Assembly: GCA_950097015.1 (NCBI GenBank)
Contig: CATNEN010000001.1
Coordinates: 3,906,001-3,970,000 of the forward strand
Source of the DNA: Macrostomum hystrix
Taxonomy: Eukaryota; Animalia; Platyhelminthes
Length of the DNA stretch: 64,000 nucleotides
Direction of reading: 5' to 3'
In this document: positions 38,943-48,568 of the stretch, in pieces
Layout of the letters: the number at the start of each line of letters is the position of its first letter
Position numbering within the stretch: the stretch's first letter is position 1
Made by a program: the position numbers and the translations under genes
The notes under the pieces: generated by a model
Seen by the model: only the letters and a program-made list of their open reading frames with translations
Told to the model about the DNA's origin: nothing
Databases searched by the model: none

Positions 38943-39785
38943 ATATCTGCTCGACGATCGATGCGAAGCAAAATGGACAGCTGACGTTCCTCGCATTGAC
39001 TTGAATTTCTCTTTGCTATTTCCATTTGCTATTGCCATGCTATTGCTTTTAAACCATTCGCCCATAATGTCACAAAAGTAGTTCAACCACTGTACGGCAG
39101 CTTCCGACTCGACTCCGTACATATATCGTCTGCAGAGATCTGTGGACGAAAACAAATGAATTAGTAAATAGAATTACTACTACATCTCCACTATACCCCC
39201 CTCAGCTTCGGTTTACGATCCTATGCGTGGAGAATCTGTATGTAAATGATCGTAAACCGAAGGTAGTGTGTATCCCGATAGTGATTAATTTCGGTTTACT
39301 GCTACTACTTACACCAAAACACCCTAACTTCGGTTCACGATCATTTACATGTATTTCTGCCATTTTAATGATCGTAAACCGAAGTGGATATATAGGACTT
39401 AATTTACTCACTTTTGCGACACCGAGCAGATAATATGTGATGAAGCCTACGATGTCCATCGGATTCAACTTTGATCCTTCGAAGAAGGAGAATATCCGGG
39501 TGGATACGCGTTTTTCATGGGCACCAAACGGAGACTTGGTTGGTTTATTGTTGGTTTTGCACCGAAAAACGAGGCCGTCTGCAGTGTTGTGCGCAGGCGT
39601 CATTTTCATTGCGCTATCGCATGTTGGACACGACATTGGCTCAGCGCGCTATAGAAGACCTTCGGCTTAAAGTAGTGAAATCCAATTTCCTTTGTCAATG
39701 AATCGCCATGCCATGGGAGAAACTAGTGTGACGAACTAGAGTTCGTGTGCAGACGAGTTTTCCCAGAAGTCCGAAGACATTATGC
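38943..39785 (-). pseudogene. Merlin/IS1595(ISXO2)-like transposase N-terminal remnant
   Basis: CPTC..AM...DGLVFRC...H.KRVSTRIFSFFEGSKL, then AVQWLNYF after an apparent intron. This matches the Zn-binding N-terminus of this family as I recall it. No catalytic domain was seen. Confidence 0.62.
39200..39398. repeat. Short palindromic element built from ttcggtttacgatc motifs
   Basis: Four motif copies in alternating orientation. The right end is the inverse of 31913-31953. Confidence 0.65.
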
Positions 39786-41875
39786 AAGACCAATAACGAT
39801 TTCTTAAAGTCAACCAAGGCTTGTCAGCGGAAGCGCCAGGGTCCCGGTTACTTGTTCTCGACTTCAATGTGGTTAGTCTCCAGCTAATTAAAATGACTTA
39901 ATTATTTCAAATGTCTGTACTCCTTAGACTTTAGCTATATTCCGCTCCGACGCTCGCGCTTGCGCCACAAACCGTCTTTCAAGTTGTATTTAAATTTGCG
40001 CCAGGTTTCGAGGAAAGATAAAGTAAACAAAAAATAAAGTGACATCGTCACACTTAGGTCGGCTATTCCGTTCAGTTTTTCCAGTGAAACGAACAATCCT
40101 GGTTTCTCAATTTTTGTTTCTTTTGAGCAGGCCATGATCACTGAAATGGAAAAATACATGCGGATCGGAACCGAAATACGGGTATGTAGTATTTTGAGGT
40201 TTGCCGCTTTCACGCGAGCTCGATTCTAATGTATCATTATGTTTTTAATAGTAATTTTACATGATAAAGTTGGCGCTATTAATAGTTTCGCAATTTTCGA
40301 GTATTCGCAATACATTTGTTTTAAATTGTAAAAAATAATTTTTAAAACAGAATTACACTGCGAGCATCGATGAGCGGTACTTAACGTTTGTCTGAGCGAC
40401 AGCGTGTGTGGCGAGTGTATTGTCCGAAAGTGAACTGATTTCTCTCCCGTTAATTTGAAATGCCGTACTGTTGAGAGAAAGTGTTACAGGTAGAAAATTA
40501 TCGTAAACCGATAAAGAATGCCGTTTCAACAGTGCCCTTAAAGACCTTAATAACTGCAAAAGTAATTTATTTTGTGCTAAGCTTAACTTCCTGAAGTTAT
40601 GCTGAAAAAATGTATAATATTTTAGTATTTTATTTTAACATTGTATTCATGTTAGATTTAAAGATAAATAATGTATTATACTGGTCTAGCTAGGTAAGAC
40701 TAGGTAAATTTTACATGTAAGACTATGTTTCACTTTCAAGTACAATTTATTATATTATTTATAGTTTATGAAGCTTGATATGGATCTTGAACACATGCTC
40801 CAAAATATTTGGATATGACAAGAATGGATTATCATATTCCTTCATTTGTATTAGCATAAGTTATTTAGCAATTAAAGTAGGGCCTAAAAGTTTAAAATGC
40901 TTCCTTAGTGAAATCTAGCAAAACCCAGCAACATACACAATACTTGTCTTGCAAGGCTTTTTAGGTTGCCATTTTTACATTGAAGGCAAGAAGGCAAACA
41001 CTGCCTTTTCATTCAATATTGTGTACCAGGGCTTACTTCTTTTTACTTATTTCTACTGAATGCCACCAAAGTTGTACAGGTGGAAATTAATTATCTCACC
41101 GTTGTTATCAAAGTTGTACTGGGCTATTTTAATATTTCTACTACAGTTGACTCACATTAACTGGTGGACCTTAAAAGGGCCGTTTTAACTTCTCAAATGG
41201 TAGCGTTTCTATATGCACGAGCGGTAATTAGGCAACTGTATACTTTTCCAGCCGATTAGGCGTCCCCGAGATTAGAGTTTAGCAGTTCCCTTCGATAATA
41301 TTCTTAGTATAACTTCTGAGTATAATTCTAATTATACTTCTCACTGCTATCTTCCTTTAAAATGAATAACACAATGCAAAGCTGTCGGAAATTTATTTTT
41401 TTAAACACACTTAAAACTATATTTACAAACACCTCTTGAAAAACTACTTCAACTTTTAAACTCTTTAAACACTCTCCTGAAACACTTTAATACTCTTGTA
41501 CAAAGGCTTTCAGCTTTTAACTCAACTCAACAATTTCAACTTCAACTCTAAAAACACACACTTCGAAACACTCTTACAAACTCACTGAAACACTTTGAAC
41601 ACTTTCGAACTCTCTCGAACTCACACACAGGTTATTTTTCCAGACCAAAAGTGCGGCTATTTATAGTGAGAAAAATTAACTTTTGTTTAAACGGGAGCAT
41701 TTTACATAATATTATTTATAATATGCAATTTAAAACAAAATTATTTACATACAGTATTACTTTTGATACGGTACAAAGATAAACAAATTATTATTTTTTT
41801 GGCGCATTTTTAATTTTATTTATTTTTATAATTTTTATAATAGAATAACGTATATACAAGAGGCTAACTATTACA

Positions 41876-41889
41876 ACTTTCCCTCTCTA
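41876..41889 (-). other. Polypurine tract
   Basis: agagagggaaagt immediately before the 3' LTR TG. Confidence 0.85.
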
Positions 41890-41937
41890 AACAAAGAAAT
41901 TTGAACGAAAAACAGAAAAAGAGTGAAAATTTCTTTT

Positions 41938-42606
41938 CTAAAAAGTACAGTTGTTCGGCAAGTCTTTAAAGTAGGGGAAATTTACTTGATTGAACAACCA
42001 GCGAAACTCGATATTCACCAATTGTCGTTGAAAAGTCCTCGAGTCGGCTTGCCGCAGGCGCTGTAGTTCTCGTCCGATTGCGGCGTAGAGGATTACAACC
42101 TCCGGCTGTGCCATCAGCTCTTTTAGCGCCCTTACCGCCGCCCATACTTGTGCTCGTTGGGGCAAGGCCTCGTCCAGCCTTAGGTAGGCTACTCTTGTTA
42201 AGTAGCGCAGAATGGCGAAGCGGAGCCGTTCGGCATGCTCCCCGTACTTCACCATCAATTCTTGATATGTCAGTTCGGTTGATGGCGGTGGCGGAGGCGG
42301 CGGCAGTGCTTCGGCAGCGGGTTGACCATGCTTAACCGCCGGCGCAATGACGATTTGGCACGTGCTTCTGGTACCCGGCGTATTCTTAGCGTGCCTCTCG
42401 ACTGGTGTTACCGCCTGGGCCGCCATTACGTCTGCTCTCCTCTTGTGGGGGTCCAGCTGTCGCACCTTAGTTGGCGAAGAAGTTCGCGGCCGCTTTCCTG
42501 CTACCGGTTGAGGCCTCGTTGGTTGTCGCTCTGGTGCTGATATTTCGGCGTCAAGATCCACTTCAGGTTCTAGAGATCGCAGTAATTCGTCCAGCTCGTT
42601 GTCCAT
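41938..42606 (-). CDS. Gypsy accessory ORF3, 222 aa, unknown function (not env-like)
   Basis: Open frame from MDNELDELL. A homolog at 60940-61410 differs mostly by synonymous changes. Confidence 0.85.
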   Translation of the reverse strand: MDNELDELLRSLEPEVDLDAEISAPERQPTRPQPVAGKRPRTSSPTKVRQLDPHKRRADVMAAQAVTPVERHAKNTPGTRSTCQIVIAPAVKHGQPAAEALPPPPPPPSTELTYQELMVKYGEHAERLRFAILRYLTRVAYLRLDEALPQRAQVWAAVRALKELMAQPEVVILYAAIGRELQRLRQADSRTFQRQLVNIEFRWLFNQVNFPYFKDLPNNCTF

Positions 42607-42654
42607 TTCTCTGCGCAAATTAGCTTTCCTTCTCAAAATTGTTGCTCCTAGATG

Positions 42655-42752
42655 CTGACCCTCCCTTCATTATATAGGCTTTGGGGGTTGGCTAAAAACG
42701 AAATAATCATGGATACTGTTGTCAAGTCCTAACTCGCTTGCTATTGGCTGGC
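42655..42752 (-). promoter_or_regulatory. Putative internal Pol II promoter for ORF3
   Basis: The minus strand has gccagccaatagc (CCAAT) and cctatataatg (TATA) upstream of the ATG. Both are conserved at 61465-61557. Confidence 0.6.
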
Positions 42753-42979
42753 GCGGAAGGTGGGGTTAGGCAGACTCACGGCTGTGTGGCGTGGGCCGGG
42801 AGAAAAGTGGCTGAACATAGTTTGAGCATAGTGAGCATAGCAAAATTTTCCTTTCTTTATAAAACCGTTAAATTTCAATTTTAATCTTCAAGCAAAATGT
42901 TTTTGGAAAGCTGGCATCAAAACGAATACATTGGTTTTTAAATTTTTCAAATATCATATGCCGTTCTCATTTTATTGAC

Positions 42980-43003
42980 TGGCGGCACTAAAAAGGGCCG
43001 TTT
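42980..43003 (-). terminator. Histone-stem-loop-like element after the pol stop
   Basis: AAAC-GGCCCT-TTTT-AGTGCC-GCCA; identical at 61779-61794. Confidence 0.55.
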
Positions 43004-43012
43004 AACTATTTT

Positions 43013-46000
43013 CTACTGTCCATTATTCATTCTCTCGTAGTTAATCGCATTGTTACGTGGTCTAAGATTATATCTTGCTTCAGGAACTTGGTCCTCTTCA
43101 TACTGCTCAGCTTCTTGTTCGATTGGTTCATCTTCTTCAGCTTCTTCTTGAATTTCTTCCTCAATTTCTTCTTCTATTACACTCTCAATTTCTTCTTCTT
43201 CAGATTCTTCAATGTCTTCAGGCTCTCTTATTCTCCACTGAAATCTTCTTTCATCTTCTTCTTCTTCTTCTTTTTCTTCTTCTTCTATCACAATTTCTTC
43301 TGTTCTCTTCTTCTCCTTGACTTTTGTCTTCTGCTTACTAATCTTCCCTCTCTTAATTTTTGGCTCTGTCTTTTTTTCTTGTTGTTCTTCTGGAATTTCT
43401 CTCTCAGAGTTCGGGACTGGTGTGAGGTTGTTTCGGTGAACCAACATTTTCTCACCTGTTCTCGTTCCTTCAATTTCCTTCTGCACTCGGAAAACTGTGT
43501 CACTCATCTGCGCTAATACTCGGTATGCTGCGCGCTTTTTGCGATGGAATTTGTTGCTTTCATCGACATGCAATTGTGGGTTGTTGATTAGAGCTAAGCA
43601 TCCTACTGGGATAATCTTAGGCTGTTTACTCTCAGCAGAGATTTCTTCTCGTTTGTCTCGAATTTTCTCTAACTTCTTCTGAACTATTCCTCTGACTTCT
43701 TCGAGTCGCTTCGCATGATCAGCTACATAGCTCGGATAATCACTGTACTGCTTCGGCTTCTTAATAATGTTATCAATGGGCAAATCTGCTTCTCGGCCAA
43801 ACAGTAAGTAATGTGGAGTGAATCCAGTAGTCTGATTCACACTTGTTCTGACAGCTACTAGTGCGGCTGGGATTAGCAAATCCCAATCAGAGTGATCTTT
43901 CTCCACTAGACAGGTAATGATTGACTTGATTTGTCTATTAAATCTCTCGACCAGTCCGTTACTTTGTGCATGATAAGGCGTTGTGCAGGTATGTTTGATT
44001 CCATACAGAGCACAAAATGCCTGAAACTGCCTACTCACGAATGTCTTACCATTATCGGTATGTATCCACTGACACTGGCCGTATTCACTAAAAATTCTCT
44101 CTTGGATCAGCTTAATGACGGTGTCGGACTTTTGATTCCGAATTGGGAAAGCGAACGGGAACTTAGTGGTACTATCCACAACAGTGAGTACATAACGGTA
44201 TCCTCGCTTACTTTCTTTGGAGATTGGGCCGATAATGTCAATGTGCAGCCGGTGAAATGGTTCGCAGATTGGGAACATCTGTACCGGCGCTTGCACTTTA
44301 CTGCCGACCTTACTCTCTAGACACGGAATACACTCCGAAATATATCGCTCAATAGAGGTCACCAATCCTGGTTTCCAAAACCTCTCACGAACACGCTGAA
44401 TGGTTTTATCACGCCCTAGATGACCTGCGAGAGGACTGTCGTGCAATTCTTTTAGCACATCCTTCTCAATAGCCTCTGGCAAAACCACTTTCCTTTTTCC
44501 GTCTTCTTCAATCACCAGCATTTCATCTTCGATTCTCATGTGTTCATAAAACTTCGCCATTTTCTTCAATTCTTTACTCGCGTTCTCAGGTACTTTTGGC
44601 TCTCGGACATCTTGTTCCTTCCAATCTATCAGTGTCCTTATAGAGGGATCTTCATGTTGAGCTGTTGTCAACTGTTCCTTCTTTAACGGGACATTGAGAT
44701 AGTCGGTTAGAAGTTTCCGACACACGGCCTCATTATGTAATTCTTCCTCAAAATAGTCTCTAGCATCTTCATATTCTTCATAATCATCGTCTTCTTCGTC
44801 TGAGGACTCAATTTCTCTAGTCAGGGAAGTTTGACAGCTCTGATGCACGAGGCTTGGGCTGCATTGAGACTGTTGTTCTGACATTTCTTCTCTTGAATTA
44901 ACTGACTGGTTTCGATTCACTGTAATGGCAGGAGGCTCAGCTTCTACCTGTGGTTCTTCCTTCTGGACCTTTTCTTCGTTGGACTTTTCCGGTGGTCTTC
45001 TAGATAGGCTGTCTGCATTTCCATGCTTTGCTCCACTTCTATGCTCAATATCATATTGGAATTCGCTCAATCTCTCAATCCATCTTCCTAAGATTCCTTG
45101 CGCCTCGGTTTGTCTCAGCAACCATAAGATTGCCTTATGATCTGTGCGAGCCAGAAACCGTTTGCCTATTAGGTAGAACCTGAAATGCTTCATCCCGTCT
45201 ACTAGTGCAAGCAATTCCTTCCTTGTAATCGGGTATCTCTTTTCAGATTCCTTCATCGCTCTGCTAAAATATGCTATGGGCCTTTCAACTCCATCAGATT
45301 GAATCTGACCTAGGCAGGCGCCAATTCTTCCATCGCTAGCATCTGTATCAAGCACCATTCTTACATTTTCATCATCCGTGAACTCAGGATATGCCAGTAC
45401 TTCAGTGGAAGTCATCTTCCTTTTAAGTAGCTCAAAAGCTTCATCATGTTTTTTAGTCCACTTTTCCTTAAAGTTCTGAATTCCTTTCTTGGTTAACTGG
45501 AATAGCGGATTCGCTGCTTCGGCATAGTTCCGAACAAATCTACAATAGTAGTTACATAGTCCGAGAAAACTTCTTAGCTCCTTGACATCCTGTGGTGTTG
45601 GCCAGGTCTGGATTGCCTCTATTTTGGCAGGATCGGTACTTATTCCTTCTCTTCCAACAACATGACCTAGGTATTTCAATTCCTTTTGAAACAGATTACA
45701 CTTCTTAGGTCTCAGCTTCAGTCCAGCAGTTGATAGTCTTTGAAATACTTCTCGTAGGTGGCTCATATGATCTTCAAATTCCTTTGAATAAGTGACAATG
45801 TCATCAATGTAGGACATAGCGTACTTGTGCTGGATACCCATTAACACTAGGTTCATCAGTCTCTGGAATGTTCCTGGGGCATTTGATAAGCCCTGAGCCA
45901 TCACTTGATATTCAAACTGTCCTCGAGTCAAGGTGGAGAAGGCTGTTATGAACTTATGTTCCTCCTTGATGGGTACCTGCCAGTAACCGGAGTTCAAGTC

Positions 46001-47539
46001 TAGGCTGCTGAAGTAGTTGCTTCCAGTCAGATGCGAGAAAGTCTCTTGTATATTCGGCAATGGGTATGGATAGTAGTTGACACGAGAATTCAACACTCGG
46101 AAGTCACTAACAATCCTGATAGTTCCATCTTTCTTTGGCACTATCACCAATGGTGTCGAGTATGTACTATAACAAGGTCTTATTAAATTCTTTACAAGCA
46201 TGTCATCAAGCTGTTCGTCTACTTGCTTCTGTAGATGTGGTGGAATTCTACGGGTTGGAATCCTGACCGGAGTAGCATCTTTTAATGAGATCTCATGGGT
46301 TACCAGGTGGGTCAGACCCATGTCTTGATTAGTCTGAGAGAAGGCTGATCTATTCTCCTTTACTAACTCAACTACTCTTGCTCTTTGCTCTGCTGTTAGC
46401 TCTTCACTGATGTTAATCTCTTTGATCCATTCATCATCCTCCTCAGCTTCATTGCTTTTTACTGTCTTGATTCCTCCATCAGTCTTTGCATTAGGTAATT
46501 TTTCCTCTTTCTGACTATTCAGGTAAACCAGATCTTTTACTTTTAATGGTTTTGCGACTCCAATGAAAGTTGACTTGGATAAGCGAACATCGCTACTTTG
46601 CTGATTGATTACTTCCACTACACCTTCTCCGTTCGTCATTGTTACAAGAGTCGGACTTATTTCCAGACTACCTTCTTTTGTGATTATACTTCCTCCGGAT
46701 CGCTCAATTACCATAGGTGTGCCATGATTTGCTTCATTATTTCTGGCCAATTTTACAGGTATTCTCAATGCACTATTAGCTGGTATAATAATTCTTCCTT
46801 GGCAATATACTCGGCAGACTCTGACTGGTAGCTTAGTGAATCGAATAGGAAGGCAGATTCCATCCTTCATCACTAACATTCCTTTTGTGAAGCTGACATT
46901 CTCGCAATGATTCATAAAAAACTCCATGCCTAGGATATCATCACAGTCGTGACTGCACAGCAAAAACTCTGTCTCGATTTCAACATCTCCAAATCTGACC
47001 TTTGTCGTAATTTCACCTTCAATTCTGACTTTCGATCCATCAAATGTGGTTACTCTTCTATCTGACGGCTCAATCTCATGACTTTTGAACATCTTTTTCC
47101 ATGAACATTTACTAAGAAAATTATGACCGGCTCCAGTATCTAACAAGAAATCAACTTTCTGTTTCCGAATCTCTCCACTCACAACAGCTTCACGTCCTTT
47201 CTTGATCGGTTCTTCATATTCACTGGTTTCTGGGGTAATTTCGGCATGTACCTCTGTACTTTTAATCTTCTCATTCAAGTTTCCACGCGTAGGTGCATAA
47301 TCGCATTTAGGTGCAAGCGGCTTATTTACAGTGGGTGCATTAGGTGCATAATAATTCGCATGACTATTTACACTCTTCTTTGGCAAATAAAACTTATTAT
47401 ACTCGTCACTTCGCTTATGTACAAACTTCTTCTGATTAACCTTATACGCATTATTTACAAATTCAGAGGCCTGAGCTTCGTACTTTCTATTTCTTGAGGG
47501 ACGTGGCCTCGCAGTTCGACCCTCGGCAATCAGTTTCCC
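43013..47539 (-). CDS. pol: Gypsy Pol (protease, RT, RNase H, integrase, acidic tail)
   Basis: Motifs FLLDTGA, YIDDI, LDTDAS, HHCC, HIDIIGP/HTDNG/NGLVERFN. The frame stays open upstream to the slippery site. Confidence 0.96.
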   Translation of the reverse strand, partial: GKLIAEGRTARPRPSRNRKYEAQASEFVNNAYKVNQKKFVHKRSDEYNKFYLPKKSVNSHANYYAPNAPTVNKPLAPKCDYAPTRGNLNEKIKSTEVHAEITPETSEYEEPIKKGREAVVSGEIRKQKVDFLLDTGAGHNFLSKCSWKKMFKSHEIEPSDRRVTTFDGSKVRIEGEITTKVRFGDVEIETEFLLCSHDCDDILGMEFFMNHCENVSFTKGMLVMKDGICLPIRFTKLPVRVCRVYCQGRIIIPANSALRIPVKLARNNEANHGTPMVIERSGGSIITKEGSLEISPTLVTMTNGEGVVEVINQQSSDVRLSKSTFIGVAKPLKVKDLVYLNSQKEEKLPNAKTDGGIKTVKSNEAEEDDEWIKEINISEELTAEQRARVVELVKENRSAFSQTNQDMGLTHLVTHEISLKDATPVRIPTRRIPPHLQKQVDEQLDDMLVKNLIRPCYSTYSTPLVIVPKKDGTIRIVSDFRVLNSRVNYYPYPLPNIQETFSHLTGSNYFSSLDLNSGYWQVPIKEEHKFITAFSTLTRGQFEYQVMAQGLSNAPGTFQRLMNLVLMGIQHKYAMSYIDDIVTYSKEFEDHMSHLREVFQRLSTAGLKLRPKKCNLFQKELKYLGHVVGREGISTDPAKIEAIQTWPTPQDVKELRSFLGLCNYYCRFVRNYAEAANPLFQLTKKGIQNFKEKWTKKHDEAFELLKRKMTSTEVLAYPEFTDDENVRMVLDTDASDGRIGACLGQIQSDGVERPIAYFSRAMKESEKRYPITRKELLALVDGMKHFRFYLIGKRFLARTDHKAILWLLRQTEAQGILGRWIERLSEFQYDIEHRSGAKHGNADSLSRRPPEKSNEEKVQKEEPQVEAEPPAITVNRNQSVNSREEMSEQQSQCSPSLVHQSCQTSLTREIESSDEEDDDYEEYEDARDYFEEELHNEAVCRKLLTDYLNVPLKKEQLTTAQHEDPSIRTLIDWKEQDVREPKVPENASKELKKMAKFYEHMRIEDEMLVIEEDGKRKVVLPEAIEKDVLKELHDSPLAGHLGRDKTIQRVRERFWKPGLVTSIERYISECIPCLESKVGSKVQAPVQMFPICEPFHRLHIDIIGPISKESKRGYRYVLTVVDSTTKFPFAFPIRNQKSDTVIKLIQERIFSEYGQCQWIHTDNGKTFVSRQFQAFCALYGIKHTCTTPYHAQSNGLVERFNRQIKSIITCLVEKDHSDWDLLIPAALVAVRTSVNQTTGFTPHYLLFGREADLPIDNIIKKPKQYSDYPSYVADHAKRLEEVRGIVQKKLEKIRDKREEISAESKQPKIIPVGCLALINNPQLHVDESNKFHRKKRAAYRVLAQMSDTVFRVQKEIEGTRTGEKMLVHRNNLTPVPNSEREIPEEQQEKKTEPKIKRGKISKQKTKVKEKKRTEEIVIEEEEKEEEEEDERRFQWRIREPEDIEESEEEEIESVIEEEIEEEIQEEAEEDEPIEQEAEQYEEDQVPEARYNLRPRNNAINYERMNNGQ
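47495..47539 (-). promoter_or_regulatory. -1 ribosomal frameshift signal
   Basis: G GGA AAC directly before the gag TGA; pol is in the -1 frame; downstream gaggg...ccctc stem. Confidence 0.85.
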
Positions 47540-48525
47540 TGCGCCCGATAGCGCGGTTGTCTGGACTCTTGACAGAATCTGGCCATATGACCTGGCTTTC
47601 CACAGTTGAAACAGGTTCTGGGTTGCTGCTGTTGCTGCATCATTGGCTGTGGCCTGTTGTTATTACGAAATCCTGCCTGCTGTTGCTGGCTAGGCGGGGG
47701 TTGGGCTCTGACAGCCTGGGCGTACGTCTGACGCTGTGGATTCTGTAGAAACTGCTGCTGCTGTTGCATTTGCTGTTGCTGATAGCCATCTTTCTTCTCT
47801 GTTAGTTCTTGTAGCATTTTCCGCTGCTGAGCCAGCTCCATCATCTGTTTCCTCACCAGTTCTTCCAACCTTTCCCGAGCAAGCTTCTCTTGCTGGTTAT
47901 CCTCATCTTCCTTGGCCATTCTTACACCAGAATTATTTCTGTGTGACATACACCAGGCAGCCTCTATGCGCCTGAGAATTCTCTTCGCATCCTGCAGATT
48001 CGCTGGCTGGGCGAAAATCAGCTTTTCTCTGGTCTCTGTCGGAACCTTGGCTCCCCTAATAAACTGCTCTACCAGCTCTTCTTCTCGCTGTTCTATCGTC
48101 ATATTAGGAAATGCCCTTGCGGCTAATTCAATCAAGCAATCGGAAAATGCTTCAGCAGATTCATTTCTTCCTTGCATCCTTCCTCGAAATTCCTCTCGAC
48201 ATTCCGCAGAACTGCCAGTTCTTCCAAATCGCTCAATAAGTCTGTCTTTGAACTCTTGATATTCTAGATCTTCAGGAAGGTTCATTCGTTGAACTGCAGC
48301 GAAGGCCGTTGATAAGTCCAGATTGGCAAGCACTTCCTGCTTCCTGTTTTCTTCCGGAAAATCATCTGCATCACATCGGAGATCAAATGCCAGCAGCCAC
48401 ATCCTGATGTCTTGTCCTGGCTTAAATTTCTCAATTTTCACATGGCGCGTTGGCCCGATTTCGAGTCTGTTTCTCAGTTCCTCGGCTAACATAGCCATTA
48501 AATCTTGAGCTTGTGCCTGATTCAT
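47530..48525 (-). CDS. gag: Gypsy Gag, 331 aa
   Basis: Retrotransposon capsid-like region (QGRNESAEAF) and CCHC knuckle CFNCGKPGHMARFC. Confidence 0.95.
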   Translation of the reverse strand: MNQAQAQDLMAMLAEELRNRLEIGPTRHVKIEKFKPGQDIRMWLLAFDLRCDADDFPEENRKQEVLANLDLSTAFAAVQRMNLPEDLEYQEFKDRLIERFGRTGSSAECREEFRGRMQGRNESAEAFSDCLIELAARAFPNMTIEQREEELVEQFIRGAKVPTETREKLIFAQPANLQDAKRILRRIEAAWCMSHRNNSGVRMAKEDEDNQQEKLARERLEELVRKQMMELAQQRKMLQELTEKKDGYQQQQMQQQQQFLQNPQRQTYAQAVRAQPPPSQQQQAGFRNNNRPQPMMQQQQQPRTCFNCGKPGHMARFCQESRQPRYRAQGN

Positions 48526-48556
48526 CTTGCTTTAATCGCTGCTTCTCTAATCCTTT

Positions 48557-48568
48557 CCGCTGCCACCA
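48557..48568 (-). other. Primer-binding site, tRNA-Leu
   Basis: TGGTGGCAGCGG, 4 nt after the 5' LTR, complementary to the tRNA-Leu 3' end ...CCGCTGCCACCA. Confidence 0.88.

Noticed and set aside
31913-39398. One 7.5-kb composite transposon bounded by 41-bp inverted repeats
   Set aside because: No target duplication was found, and the right repeat is already explained as one arm of a short palindromic element.
41938-42606. ORF3 as env or as a prenylated CaaX protein
   Set aside because: No signal peptide or TM helix; the terminal Cys is third from the end, not fourth.
43075-43516. Phe/Leu-rich plus-strand ORFs (also 61820-62112)
   Set aside because: Antisense shadows of the Glu/Lys-rich pol tail.
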